Shown piece after piece: positions 24,864 to 38,704 of a DNA stretch of 64,000 nt. Below the pieces are notes generated by a model that worked only from the letters and a program-made list of their open reading frames with translations, ran no database searches and was not told the DNA's origin. How positions within the stretch are numbered: position 1 is the stretch's first letter; every line of letters starts with the position of its first letter. A program made the translations under genes and the position numbers. The DNA comes from Octopus vulgaris (taxonomy: Eukaryota), in contig OX597821.1 in NCBI GenBank assembly GCA_951406725.2, positions 22,258,001 to 22,322,000 on the forward strand. The letters are read 5' to 3'.

Positions 24864-25532
24864 CCAGACAGCCAGACAGACAGGCAGGCAGGCAGGCAGG
24901 CTGGCAGGCAGGCAGGCAGGCAGGCAGACAGCTATCTATCGCGAAGTTGTGCTTGCAAATATTTCTACCTCCAGTGCAACCAGGCGTGTAAATCAAAGGG
25001 AACTCGATACCTAAGAAACTGTAAAGTTATAATGTAGTTTAGCTAAGATCCCTTTACATCAAACTATTCAGAGTTCATTCCCAAAATCAATCTTCTGACT
25101 ATGGTGGCTGATGCTTAGAACTTGAGTGATTTCCAGTGATACCCCAGTATGAGAGACGATATGTCATGAGATTCAGGCTGGTCTCATCTAGCTTTTTGAT
25201 TTCCCATACAGCAATGATCTACATGTGGCAAATTTATTCACTTCTAGTGTTGTATTACACTAGCAAAAGTGAACTTTACCTTAGTGACGACAGTTAGTTA
25301 TTAGCTCAGTCTTTCTGAGAATATCGATGTCATAGAATCGATCACAAAATCTCGCCTTCGTGTAACAGATAGCACACATCACGTTTTGCTTCCCCCAACT
25401 CGCACCTTCTTTCGTGTTTTTCTTAGAAATGAAAGGTACACATGTCTGTGTATACTTAGATCCACAATGTCATAAGAACTGATCTGCTTGCTAACGTGCA
25501 TGTGTGTCTGCGCGTGTATGTATGTGTGTGTA

Positions 25533-25757
<225 letters not shown>

Positions 25758-25875
25758 CAAAGCAGTTTCATTCAGGCTCCTTGGTACCCTGAATCAAACT
25801 GTTTTGATCTATACATATAATTCCCAATAAATGTGTTGAGTGTCCTTCTTCCGTCTGTCTACTCACTCGTATATA

Positions 25876-25951
<76 letters not shown>

Positions 25952-26310
25952 AAGCACGATATATGTTTTTATGTGCTACTATTAGTTTCAAGTGCCGAGA
26001 GTATACCAGACAATACTTTTTAACACGTCTGGTATTCTAGCACAATTTTCAGACACTGCCCACATGGCACAACAAACTAAAAATGAGGCGATAGGATGAG
26101 GAAAAAAAGCGAGAAAGAAGTGGATATAAAAGGTGGAAGGTTGAAAAACTGGAAAACAAAAAAGAAAACAGAAAGTAGCAAAAGGGGGAAATTAGGGTTA
26201 CTTCCCCTTAGACCGTAAATATAAGACTGTAAAGACTGGATTTACGAAATAATTTTTATCTCTCACCAGATGTAGTACTTTTTTTGTTGATCACGGAATA
26301 GCATACATAA

Positions 26311-26341
<31 letters not shown>

Positions 26342-26359
26342 TCTATCTATCTATCTATC

Positions 26360-26398
<39 letters not shown>

Positions 26399-27120
26399 TT
26401 CAACCTATCTATGTGTGTGTGTATTTGTGTGCATGTGTATGTGTGCGAAACAAGATTCGCATGACTTACACTTAACAGAGTAAATGTCAGCTGCAGTAAC
26501 GAAAGAGCTCATGGAAAAATTATAAAGAAATCGGTCCTGCCATATTAGTATCTAATGAGAAATAAATCGGAAAGAAATTTCGCTATACCACATTAAAAAG
26601 GAAAAAAGACATTGTTAGTACAACCTCAGAGTTTTAATATTCTTTCACATTACGTCATTTTGATTCAGTCCACTTCATCAGGCAGGCCAATGATTGAAAT
26701 TCCCAGTGACATGTTAACAAATAGCAGTTTAATCTATCAGTCAGGCGAAACTTCGTATTGTGAATTCCTCGTCAATTGCTCAACATAGACATAGATTCTT
26801 ACGGGGAATTGACTATATAATAACATCTACATTAACTCAGTACACTACATCTGAATGCATCCTAATCGAATTCTTAAATGGTTTAACGAATCTATATATA
26901 ATTTGACGATGCAACGTTAGTCTCTTCGGTAGAATATCTTCAAGCTCATCTCAGGTTGTATTGCAGTGAAGCCTTATGAAGCTTAACCAGATGTGTCTCA
27001 GGGTTGTTAATGGGGGGTGGGGTTCAACAACTTTATGCAAATATATTTTACTACATACGTATAGTAGAAATTTTTTCGCGGTATTTCAAGAGAAACATAT
27101 ATATATATAATTTTGTGTGT

Positions 27121-27176
<56 letters not shown>

Positions 27177-28044
27177 AAATGCATTCCAGGTAAGAATTTA
27201 TTGATCACATTTTTGTCAATATAGACAGGTGAAGAGAGATACGGGTTTACATTTGTACATATCATTTAAGTTCATCCATTGCTAGACAAACTGTAATCAA
27301 GTATTCAGTTACACACAGAATATCTGTAAACAGGAACCATGAGGAAATCATTGAACTTGCTGTGAGCTATTTGGAGTGCAGATAGCAAGTACATAATATA
27401 TTGAACTACCGGCCCTGAGGTTCTCAGTTCGAAACTCACGATGGTATTTCCTAATAACTGTAGGACAGAACATTTTTTTTCTTCTCAAGTCTAAATTGTT
27501 CAGCAGTTTATAACAATACACAAGGCCGGATCTGTAGAATGTTATCTAAGGTCCTTTCCAACTAGAAATTATTTTTAATTTTCTGTGTTATCGCTAGACA
27601 GAACACTATATTCTACATGACCCGCGAACTGCTAACTGTCAGAAGTTGGTTACTGATCATCTGCAGATACATCTGCTGCCAACAGCACATTCTATGAGGT
27701 GGGGTTCGAATGCTGTAAGCTGATGGTACATAGACACCCGTCAAAGCTACAGAGGTTCTCAGACGAGCGAGTGCATTCGACCTTTACAAGACAGATCTTT
27801 TTGCAGCTTGTCACATTGCTTGACCAAGGACTGCAGCTCTGTCAAAGGCCGAAACCGAGAGCCTGGCGTCCGGAATGCTTTCTGACGCTCACTGATCTCC
27901 GCTAGGTGAGGATGGGTTTCGAAGAAGTTCCACAATGATGATCAATAAGACGACTAATGATGAGAAAAAGACTACATCGCTGACAATGAACTAACTAGTT
28001 TGTTTTGCCGGCCTGTTTGGTCGAGGACTCTTTTTTTTTTTTTA

Positions 28045-28419
28045 CATCATTTTACTTTTCTACTTGTTTCAGTCATTGGACTGTGGTCATGCTGGAGCAC
28101 CACCTTGAAGTGTTTAGTAGAATAAATCGACCCCAGTACTTTTTAGTTTTTAGCCTGTTACTTATTCTATCAGTCTCTTTTGCCGATGATAAACACATCA
28201 GCATTGGTTGCCAAGTGGTGGTGGGATACAAACACACACATACACACACGCATACATACATACATACATAATACATACATACATACATACATACATACAT
28301 ACATACATACATACATACATAATACATACATACATACATACATACATACATAATACATACATACATAATACATACATACATAATACATACATACATACAT
28401 ACATACATACATACATACA

Positions 28420-28452
<33 letters not shown>

Positions 28453-28705
28453 GACGGGCTTCTTTCAGTTTCTATCTACCAAATCCATTCACAAGGCTTT
28501 ACTCGGTCCAAGGCTATAGTAGAAGACACATGCCGAAGGGGCCACACGTTGGGACCGAACCTGCAACTATGTGGTTCTGAAGGAAGCTTCTTACCATGGA
28601 AGGCACTTACCCAGGGTATCACACAGTGTGTTCTGAACCCAGAACCGTGTGGTTAGGAAGCAAACTGGGAAGCAAACGTCGTGCCACACAGCCACGCCTG
28701 CGCCT
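28045..28705 (-). mobile_element. SINE A, older copy with expanded internal (ATGT)n and a duplicated head segment
   Basis: Tail at 28045-28105, body to 28595, second head segment 28600-28704. Confidence 0.82.
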
Positions 28706-28829
28706 AGAATCCTTAAATATGTTTTAGCCCGAAGGCCGCGGCCATGCTGGGGCACCACCGCTGAATGGATAACTTTTAGAAATACTTGGCCTGGAGAGTA
28801 TTATTGAAAAGTGTGTTTACTACCCAGAT

Positions 28830-29170
28830 GCCCCAGTGCAGACAGTGGAGCGTGTGTGAAGTGCAGACAGCTCAGGGAAACCGTCCTACATACAAACGTT
28901 CAGTATTCAAGCATTTCTGATTTGCGGTGTTATGTCGAACAGCTGTTGTCACTCGTCGCATGGCTTTGGCTATCGGCCGAGTCCATCATAAAGATTTTCC
29001 ACCTACACTTCTCTGACCAAGAATTACAGGCAATCCTATTTTCTTTAGTAGTCTGGTGGACAGACAGTTTCGGTGAACCCCCCTCATCGACTTGTATCAA
29101 GTTCCACAAAGAAAAGATGATGGAATTAGAGGAGGTGATCTCCTGTAAGTTTCTTAAAAGGTACCAGTAA
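28830..29170 (+). mobile_element. Tx1/L1-clade ORF2 C-terminal zinc-knuckle relic
   Basis: CVKCRQLRETVLHTNVQYSSISDLRCYVEQLLS..LSAESIIKI..VVWWT matches a CxxC..ET..H...C pattern. Confidence 0.7.
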
Positions 29171-29483
29171 TGAAAATGGTAATAGTGAATGCAACAAATT
29201 TAAGCATCTGCCTGTAGGTCGGCAAAAAAAACAAACCAATAAGGTATATTGATAGGCCCTAATTAAAGGATGACTTGTATCAAGCGGAATACTTTGTCCC
29301 TTATAGATATATAGTCTTTTGATTTTCTTCCTTTTACTTCATCCGATTTCTGAATAAACCCTCACCTCTTATGTAACCTCTCATTGTAAAGTATGTTCCT
29401 TTTGCCCGGAACCTTTGCGGCAAATAAAAGAAATTATCATTGTTATTGAAAAAGTAACAGCAGCAGCTGTGGTGGGTGGGAGG

Positions 29484-29552
<69 letters not shown>

Positions 29553-30264
29553 TATCTTTTCGGTGGGAATTTTATGAGTTATATTCAATTTTGAAAGAAA
29601 AAGAGATCTCCATGTACTACATGTAACATGTGTGTGCGTATGTGTACACACACACACACACACATGTGTGTGTGTTCATGACGTTTTATACGTATGTATA
29701 TTTGTACGTATGTACATATATGTGTGTAGGTGTATATATAATTATACTTACATATATATATATATATAGGTGTGAATGTTGGTAGGTATGTATGATGTAC
29801 ATATGTGTGTATATACGCGTGCGCCTGTGTGTGTATGTGAGTGTATACATGTTTGTATATAAGTATATATGTATATGTAATATCCACATGCACACACACA
29901 CACATTTCCAACAGCGACAGCCTACTCCATTGTCTGAACGTAAAGAAAGAGCATAAGCCCTAGCTACAAGTTCACACTCTATCGTCTGCTTCATCCATTT
30001 AGAGGACAAATCAAAATAAATGACAACAACGAAATCCCGCAAACAATGCAATAGCCACGCCACATTCCTTCACCTAATAACAAAAACAGCAACAGCAGTA
30101 ACACCAACAATGAAAGAGTGAAAGAACATGTGTACAGAGAAAAAAAAAGAATTATATATTTATACATATATCGAGCGAACGAGTCGAAATGAAAAGTTCC
30201 TCCCCATTTCATTTATTGAAGCTAATCTACAGAATGGCTTGAAAGAAGTTATGTTAAACCAATG

Positions 30265-30535
30265 GAGGCGATGATGATGGTTGATAGTAGCGGTGGAGGT
30301 GGTTATGATGATGGTGAGGTGGGAGGGGGGTAATGGTAAGGGTAGTAATAGAGATGTTGATGATGATGATGATGGTGGTGTTGACGTTGGAGGTGTTTGT
30401 GGTGATGGTGTTTAGTGATAGCGATGAGGTTGGTGGCGATAGTAGTGGTGGTGCTGGTGGTGGTGATGATGATGGGGGGGTGGTGGTGGTGGGTGGTGGT
30501 GGTGGTGGTGGTGGTGGTGGTGGTGGTGGTGGTGG

Positions 30536-30566
<31 letters not shown>

Positions 30567-30955
30567 GGTCGTTGTGGTGGTGGTGGTGGTGGTGGTGGTG
30601 GTGATGGTGGTGGTGGTGGCGGCGGTGGTGGCGGTGGTGGTGGTGCTGGGGGATGGAGGAAAGCGCAATGAATATAAAGCTGATGATGGTTTTGAGGATT
30701 GTGGTGGTGGTGGTGGTGGTGGTAGTGCTGCTGCTGGGAGGGGGGCGAATGGGCTTGAAGGTGACGACGATAACGATGATGATGATGATAATGATGGAGT
30801 GAGCATTGGTAAGGGACAATAGAGATGCTGACGATGATGTTGAGGATTGTGTGGTAATGGGTGATGGTCGCAGTTGTGATGGTGATGGTGATGGTGACGG
30901 TGATAGTGGTGGGATGGGGGTAGTCACGATGCTGCTGGTGATGATAATGATTGAG
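30265..30955. repeat. (GGT)n/(GAT)n low-complexity tract
   Basis: Direct reading. Confidence 0.93.
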
Positions 30956-31091
30956 TGGGAAAACGTTTGATAAAATGTCGGCCAATTGTTCGAACTCTCC
31001 ATTAAGGGAGGTATGTAAGGTATGTGATAAGAAAACGGCACTATGTAACTCACCGCATTACAATACACTGCTTCCTACTACCACCTGTGAA

Positions 31092-31158
<67 letters not shown>

Positions 31159-31389
31159 GACAGACAGACAGACAGACAAATAGATAGAGTCCAAGAAGGA
31201 GGAGAGTATGAGAGAGAAAGAATGATAGATTGTGTACATTTAGTGGAGAGGGTGCACTTACTTGTACGTGTATTGGTGTTGATTGCCGGGGTGTAGTGGT
31301 GTCAGGGTACTGGATACTATAAGAGAGAACAAGGAGACTGTGTACGTTTGTGTTTATGTAATGGGGGACTGTCTGCACGTATGTTTATC

Positions 31390-31521
31390 TATATATAATA
31401 TATATATATGTGTATATATACATATATATATATATGTGTGTGTGAGTGTGTGTATGTATATACGTATATGTATATATATATATATATATATGTACATATA
31501 TATGTATATATACGTATATGT

Positions 31522-31572
<51 letters not shown>

Positions 31573-31573
31573 G

Positions 31574-31604
<31 letters not shown>

Positions 31605-31629
31605 ATGTATATGTATCTCACTATATATG

Positions 31630-31677
<48 letters not shown>

Positions 31678-31995
31678 GTATATGTATATATATACATATA
31701 TATATGAATATACACATTTATATACACATACACACAACAATATATATACATATACACATATTTATATACATGTACATATATATATATATATATATACATA
31801 TATGCATATATGTATATATTTATATACATATATGTACATGTGTGTATGTACATGTATATGTGCGTATGTTTGTGTATGTGTGTTTGTGTAGATATATGCA
31901 TGCGTATGTGTATACATGTATGCATGTATATGTTTGTGTGTGTGTGTGTGTGTGTGTGTGCATGCGTAAAATATATACATTTAGCTGTATATACA
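31390..31995. repeat. Degenerate (TA)n/(TG)n tract
   Basis: Direct reading. Confidence 0.95.
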
Positions 31996-32677
31996 TAAGA
32001 GTACGTCAAGAAAAAATCTTCCGATACGCTACTATATAAACGTGGGTGGGTGGGTGGGGAGGGGGGAGGAGAAAGCATGGAGAAGGAAATGAATAAATGG
32101 GTGGATGAAGTGGTGTTTAGGTGTGAGAAGGTGAGGGCGGCGGCGGCGGCGGATAGAAGACGACGAGGTGTGATTGTTTGTAAAAAGATGAAGTTAATAC
32201 TTGACACATAAACAATGCATACACAAACACAGGTACGCACACACTCGCACACACACACACGGATACCTATACGCACGTACAATAGTAATTATTCAATAGA
32301 TGCGGAGAGTGTGTTTGGTTTCTAAAGACTGAGAGAGAGAGAATCAATAGACTTTTTGGTGAGGTTTAAAGGTTTCAATGACGATGACGTCACAACAATC
32401 ACCTGCTTCGTTTGTGATATCTACTTTGTAATTAGTTTCTCTTTTGGTTGCACTGCACACACTGTGGCAGAGAGAGAGAGGGAGGGAGCGAGAGTGTGAG
32501 TGAGAGAGAGAGGCAGAGAGAGGAAGAGTGAGAGAAAGAGAGTGAGTGCGTGTGTGTGTGGTGTGTGTGTGTGTAGGTGAGAGAGAAGTAGTGAAAGAGG
32601 GGTGAGAGAGGGGCAATGAGAAGTGGTGTGAGAAGAGATGGAGGTATGATGTATGATTATAATGAGGGCGGAGTCGA

Positions 32678-32728
<51 letters not shown>

Positions 32729-33255
32729 GTATATGTATGTATGTATATATGTATCTATGTATATATATATACACACACACACATACACTCATACAAGTAT
32801 ACATGCATATGTGTATATGTGTGCGTGTGAATGTATGTATGTATGTATGTATATATATATATATATATATATACATACATACATACACGCAAACACATAT
32901 ACAAGTTTGTATGTTAGTTTGAGCATGCATAAATAAATATATATAATATGTATGTATGTATGTACATATGTATGTATGTATATGTGTGTGAATGCGGTAA
33001 TGGTTTTATCGTACAAAAGCATAAAAGTTGTGAATGTACCCTATTATTAGAAGTGTGTAGAGTCTATTGTATGGGTATATATGGTAATTTTTAGGTATGG
33101 CTTTGTAATCAGCTATCATACACACTCAGGAACAAACACACACACACACACACAGAAAGACACGTTTACGCTGCTTTTTAAGTGGCTTTTATTATAGTGA
33201 AAGAATGTGAAACGTTTGTATATACAATATATACATATATATATATATATATATA

Positions 33256-33750
33256 GTAGCTTGCTAACCAACCACATGGTTCCGGGTTCAGTCCCACTGC
33301 GTGGCATCTTGGGCAAGTGTCTTCTGGTATAGCCCCGGGCCGACCAATGCCTAGGTCTGGCTTTGTAATCAGCTATCATACACACTCAGGATCAGCACAC
33401 ACACACACACACACAGAGAAAGACACGTTTGCACTGCTTTTTAAGAGGCTTTTATTATAGTTTATAGTGGATTTGGTAGACGGAAACTGAAAGAAGCCTG
33501 TCGTATATATGTATATATATATATATGTGTGTGTGTGTGTTTGCGTATCTGTGTTTGTCCCCCTAGCATTGCTTGACAACCGATGCTGGTGTGTTTACGT
33601 CCCCGTCACTTAGCGGTTCGGCAAAAGAGACCGATACAATAAGTCCTGGGCTTACAGAGAATAAGTCCCGGGGTCGATTTGCTCGACTAAAGGCGGTGCT
33701 CCAGCATGGCCGCAGTCAAATGACTGAAACAAGTAAAAGAGTAAAGAGTA
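33256..33750 (+). mobile_element. SINE A interrupted by a copy of its upstream flank (33353-33465)
   Basis: SINE reads ...GACCAATGCC, then the insert, then AGTGGATTTGGTAGACGG... Confidence 0.9.
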
Positions 33751-33766
33751 TATATATATATTGCAT

Positions 33767-33925
33767 GCGCAGGCGTGGCTGTGGGGTAAGAAGTTTGCTT
33801 CTCAACCACATGGTTCCGGGTTCAGTTCCACAGCGTTGCTCCTTGGTCAAGTGTCTTTTACTATAACCTCGGACCGATAAAACCCTTGGAAGTGGATTTG
33901 GTAGACAGAAACTGAAGTAAGTCCG

Positions 33926-33973
<48 letters not shown>

Positions 33974-34080
33974 TTGACCCCCCCCCCTACAGCTTCACAA
34001 CCGGTGTTGGGGTGTCTTTACATCCCGGTTCACTAGCGGTTCGGCAAAACAGATCGATAGAATAAGTACCAGGTTTTAAA
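33767..34080 (+). mobile_element. SINE A, older copy
   Basis: Family similarity. Confidence 0.85.
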
Positions 34081-34417
34081 AAAATAGAAAGAAAGAAAAA
34101 GAAAAAGAAAGAAGCCGTAAGGTTGATTGATTCTTCATGGCGATACCTCTCTGCATGGCTGCAATCTAATACTTGGAATAAGTACAAGAAAAAAAGATTT
34201 TTAAAAAAATACATACACGCTAGAATAAAAAAAATATCTGAATGGATTTCGTTCATTTTGTTCATTTTTCGAAGAAATGTGTGTTATCTCCCTTGCAACA
34301 TGTCGGCCGAAACAACTTTCGTCTCTTCAACTACTTTAAAAAAAAAAAAAGAAAAGAAACTCTTGCCTCGCCTAATAATTGGCGTCTGGCAGGATGTTAT
34401 TAATGTAATATTACATA

Positions 34418-34828
34418 GGCGCAGGAGTGGCTGTGTGGTAAGTAGCTTGCTAACCAACCACATGGTTCCGGGTTCAATCCCACTGCGTGGCATCTTGGGC
34501 AAGTGTCTTCTGCTATAGCTCCGGGCCGACCAATGCCTTTTGAGTGGATTTGGTAGACGGAAACTGAAAGAGGCCTGTCGTATATATGTATATATATATA
34601 TATGTGTGTGTGTGTGTTTGTGTGTCTGTGTTTGTCCCCCTAACATTGCTTGACAACCGATGCTGGTGTGTTTACGTCCCCGTCACTTAGCGGTTCGGCA
34701 AAAGAGACCGATACAATAAGTAATGGGCTTACAAAGAACAAGTCCCAGGGTCGATTTGTTCGACTAAAGGCGGTGCCCCAGCATGGCCGCAGTCAAATGA
34801 CTGAAACAAGTAAAAGAGTAAAAGAGTA
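34418..34828 (+). mobile_element. SINE A, full length
   Basis: Family consensus match. Confidence 0.95.
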
Positions 34829-34929
34829 AGAATTATGACGTCATGTTTGGAATAGTTTGACATTTATTTCATGGCAATATTTCTGGTTTCAAATCCTCAG
34901 GTTTTCTCAGTGTTGGTTTTTTTTTTTGT

Positions 34930-35220
34930 TTTATGTTCTCTCTTGTTTCAATCAATAGACATGCTGGAGTTGCACATTTTTTTATATCTAGTATTTATTG
35001 CATTGGTTATTTTTGCCGAGCTGTTAAGTTGCGGGGATATAAACAAACCAATACCGGTTACCAAGCGGTCAGGGTGGAAATTCAGCACACACACATAAAC
35101 ATACACGTGCATACAGATATAGATACATATATAGACGCATCCACACACACACATATATATATATACATACACACACATACAAACACACACATACACGCAT
35201 AAACATACACATGCACACAG

Positions 35221-35278
<58 letters not shown>

Positions 35279-35536
35279 TATATAGACACATACACACATA
35301 TAGATACATACATACACATACATACATACACACATACACATAAACATATACATGCAGACAGATATAGATACATATATATAGACACATGCACACACACATA
35401 TATAGACGCATACACACACATATATAGATACATACACACACATATATAGATACATACACACACATATATAGACACATACACACACATATATAGATACACA
35501 CATACATGCACACAGATATAGATACATATATATAGT

Positions 35537-35599
<63 letters not shown>

Positions 35600-35750
35600 C
35601 AGACTTCTCTCAGTTTCCGTCTGCCAAATCTATTCACTAGGCTTTGATCAGCCCGTAGCGAAGATACTTGCCCAAGGTGCCGTGCAGTGGGACTGAACCG
35701 TAGTCAGCGTGGTTGCAAAGCAAGCTACAAAATCACACGACCACATCTGA
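34930..35750 (-). mobile_element. SINE A, degenerate, with greatly expanded internal microsatellite
   Basis: Tail half at 34930-35075 and head half at 35597-35750 bracket about 520 bp of (CA/TA)n. Confidence 0.75.
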
Positions 35751-35787
35751 GCTTAGCTAGTCGATAATTCAGTAAATTAGCTTCGTT

Positions 35788-35998
35788 ATTGACCCTTTTC
35801 TTCCCATATTTCTGTTGAGATACATTACATTAATTTTCGAAATAATGTGGAATTCAGTAAAATAACTACATTATTAAGCTAGCATTTGGAACAGGATGAA
35901 ATGTTGATGAAATTTTTTAACCTAGATCCCTAAAATATGAAATTTGTATCGTAGTACCAGCGGGAGTCTCGGGCGGGTGGGGAGCAAACGAATTAAAT
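35788..35998. mobile_element. Possible piggyBac-type MITE (degenerate TTAACCCTTT...AAAGGGTTAA ends)
   Basis: TTGACCCTTTTCTTCCC at left and GGGAGCAAACGAATTAA at right; a similar end CAAAGGGTTATA occurs near 44320. Confidence 0.35.
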
Positions 35999-36131
35999 GG
36001 ACCAAAATGTAACAGGATACTAATATAGATCAGGGGTTGGTGACAGTTTAGTATTGCAGAAGGGACCTCGAATGATTCTGAGCTGCTGACTGCTGCGCTA
36101 AATTTTTCTCTTTTATGTATGTATTTTTGTA

Positions 36132-36180
<49 letters not shown>

Positions 36181-36196
36181 ATGTATATATATACAC

Positions 36197-36356
<160 letters not shown>

Positions 36357-36399
36357 GAAAGAAGCCCTAAATAGCACATGAAAATTAATCAATATTTGC

Positions 36400-36890
36400 A
36401 CGAATTATTGCATAATAGCGTACGATTGATTATATTGAATGATGGCGAAACCATTGTAAATGGAAGTAGCATAATGATTTGCCCATTCCTTTTTCTAATG
36501 TCAGGCATTGTAAATACTATAGGGATATTTGTGAATTTTCGGATATTTATCTGACAGGATAAACGATTTTCAGCTTTGTCTTGTAACCAATATCCGTGAA
36601 TGTGCTTAATACGGTACACATCATGGTTATATGCCCCAATATATTTATCATATGTAACATAGACAAGTGTATCAAATACCATGCAACATAAATTTTTGAT
36701 TCATTAAAATCATTCCCTATCACATTTACCAAATAGTCATTGAGACCAGTTTCATATGAGTAAAGGATTTGATCTCAATAAGGAAGAATTTTCCGAAGCT
36801 GACATCCCATTAAAGAAAACGATAGGCTTATTATCTGGAGATAAGAGAGCAGTCGTGGACATGTTTTTTGCCTCAATAGACGTCATTATC
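36400..36890 (-). pseudogene. Possible decayed membrane-protein (class A GPCR-like) fragment
   Basis: One frame reads NDFNESKIYVAWYLIHLSMLHMINILGHITMMCTVL...GKSLCYF...SIVRYYAII with stops; weak resemblance to TM1 (GN) and TM3 (DRY) regions. Confidence 0.22.
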
Positions 36891-37067
36891 TCGACAAACG
36901 TCTTGACTTAACTACTGGTGGGGCATACATTTTTCTGGAAAGTTCTAGTGAGGCCGGAGGATGTCTATAGCTACTTGCTTTGACTACACAGATACCTTAA
37001 ACATTCAGCGGAAGTAAGCATTGTAATGCTAACTATAGCATGTTCGCAAGATGCTAGTGACATCTGT

Positions 37068-37330
<263 letters not shown>

Positions 37331-37551
37331 ATCTATCCAGCTAGCTATCTCTCACTTTCTGCTTATATTGTATCATTTACTTATTTCAGTCATTGAAATG
37401 TGACCATGCTGAGGCACTACATTGAAGGGATTAGTCGAAAAATTCGACCTTAGTATATATATATATAGCAACAATAGCAGCGTGGAAGGTGTTTATAAGC
37501 CATTTAAGAAACACACAAAATTGTTAGATCCACTTCAACATTTAAATTTCA

Positions 37552-37602
37552 TTTGTCAAAATATTTTCGTCGCTTTGAGACCGCGACCCGTTCACTGACA
37601 AA
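37552..37602 (-). ncRNA. Minimal type-I hammerhead with a G3:C8 core variant
   Basis: Reverse complement: TTTGTCA-GTGAACG-G-GTCGC-ggtctcaaa-GCGAC-GAAA-ATAT-TT-TGACAAA. Perfect 7-bp helix I, 5-bp helix II, palindromic helix III. Confidence 0.72.
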
Positions 37603-37661
37603 ACTTCGTTCCAACACACAATCTCAGATCAAGTCACTCGCTATGCAAGTACATCTCCGTA

Positions 37662-37754
<93 letters not shown>

Positions 37755-37779
37755 AGGTTGAAAAGGAACACACGAGTTG

Positions 37780-37970
37780 ATATATATGGGAAAAAAAGTC
37801 AAGATAGAAAATGCTAAAATAATTTTATTTTATTGGTTTTATTGACCATTTAACACCTTACCACTTTCATACATGGGTAATATGAAAGTAGTAAGGTGTT
37901 AAATGGTCAATAAAACCAATAAAATAAAATTATTTTAGCATTTTCTATCTTGATTTTTTTCCCATATATA
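37780..37970. repeat. Near-perfect ~190-bp palindrome
   Basis: TATATATGGGAAAAAAAGTCAAGATAG...CTTTCATA [CATGGGTAA] TATGAAAG...CTATCTTGATTTTTTTCCCATATATA. Confidence 0.97.
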
Positions 37971-38021
37971 TATATATGTGTGTGTGTATTTTCAATGTGT
38001 ACAAATAACACGGAAAAAATA

Positions 38022-38258
38022 AATAGTTACCTGGGTAGCAAAAATTCGCATAAGTGCCATGGATATTACAGCCTACTTATAAAGGTAGAAATTCCAGGGT
38101 TGGGTGAAAAACTTTTGTATAACAGATAAATTAAGAAATGGAGTCAAACGCAGGTGTCCACAAAATCATTTTGCGCAACACTGGAATTTCTCCCTTTATA
38201 AGTAGGCAGTAATATCCTTGGCGCTTATGTGAATTTTTTGCTACCCTGGTAACTATTC
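38022..38258. repeat. Inverted repeat, ~95-bp arms
   Basis: AATAGTTACCTGGGTAGCAAAAATTC..GAAATTCCAG pairs with CTGGAATTTC..GAATTTTTTGCTACCCTGGTAACTATT. Confidence 0.92.
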
Positions 38259-38265
38259 ATATATA

Positions 38266-38321
<56 letters not shown>

Positions 38322-38329
38322 ATTTTTTT

Positions 38330-38645
38330 CTTTCAAAGTCTTGTACTTATTCTATCAGATTGTTTTACCGAACCGCTAAGTTATGGGAACGTATATCAAA
38401 CTAACTCTGATTGTCAAGCGGTGGAGGCGGACAAACACATACACATATGCACACACATGCACACATACACACACACACACATATATATATATAGACGCAG
38501 GCGTATGCTTTCTAACTACAAGGTTCCGGTTTCGGCCGCACTGCGTGGCACTTTGGGCAAGCGTCTTCTATTTTAGCCTTGGGCCGACCAAGCCCTTGTG
38601 AGTGAATTTGGTAAACGGAAACTGAAAGAAGCCCGCCGTGTGTGT

Positions 38646-38704
<59 letters not shown>

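Noticed and set aside
27180-27197. Second AG|GTAAG motif (TTCCAG|GTAAGA)
   Set aside because: No real polypyrimidine tract; preceded by (TG)n.
30254-31068. Pro/His/Gly-rich ORFs resembling formin or extensin
   Set aside because: (GGT)n/(GAT)n low complexity is open in several frames on both strands.
32384-32391. CRE palindrome TGACGTCA (also near 34836)
   Set aside because: Occurrence of an 8-mer is near chance expectation in 64 kb without promoter evidence.
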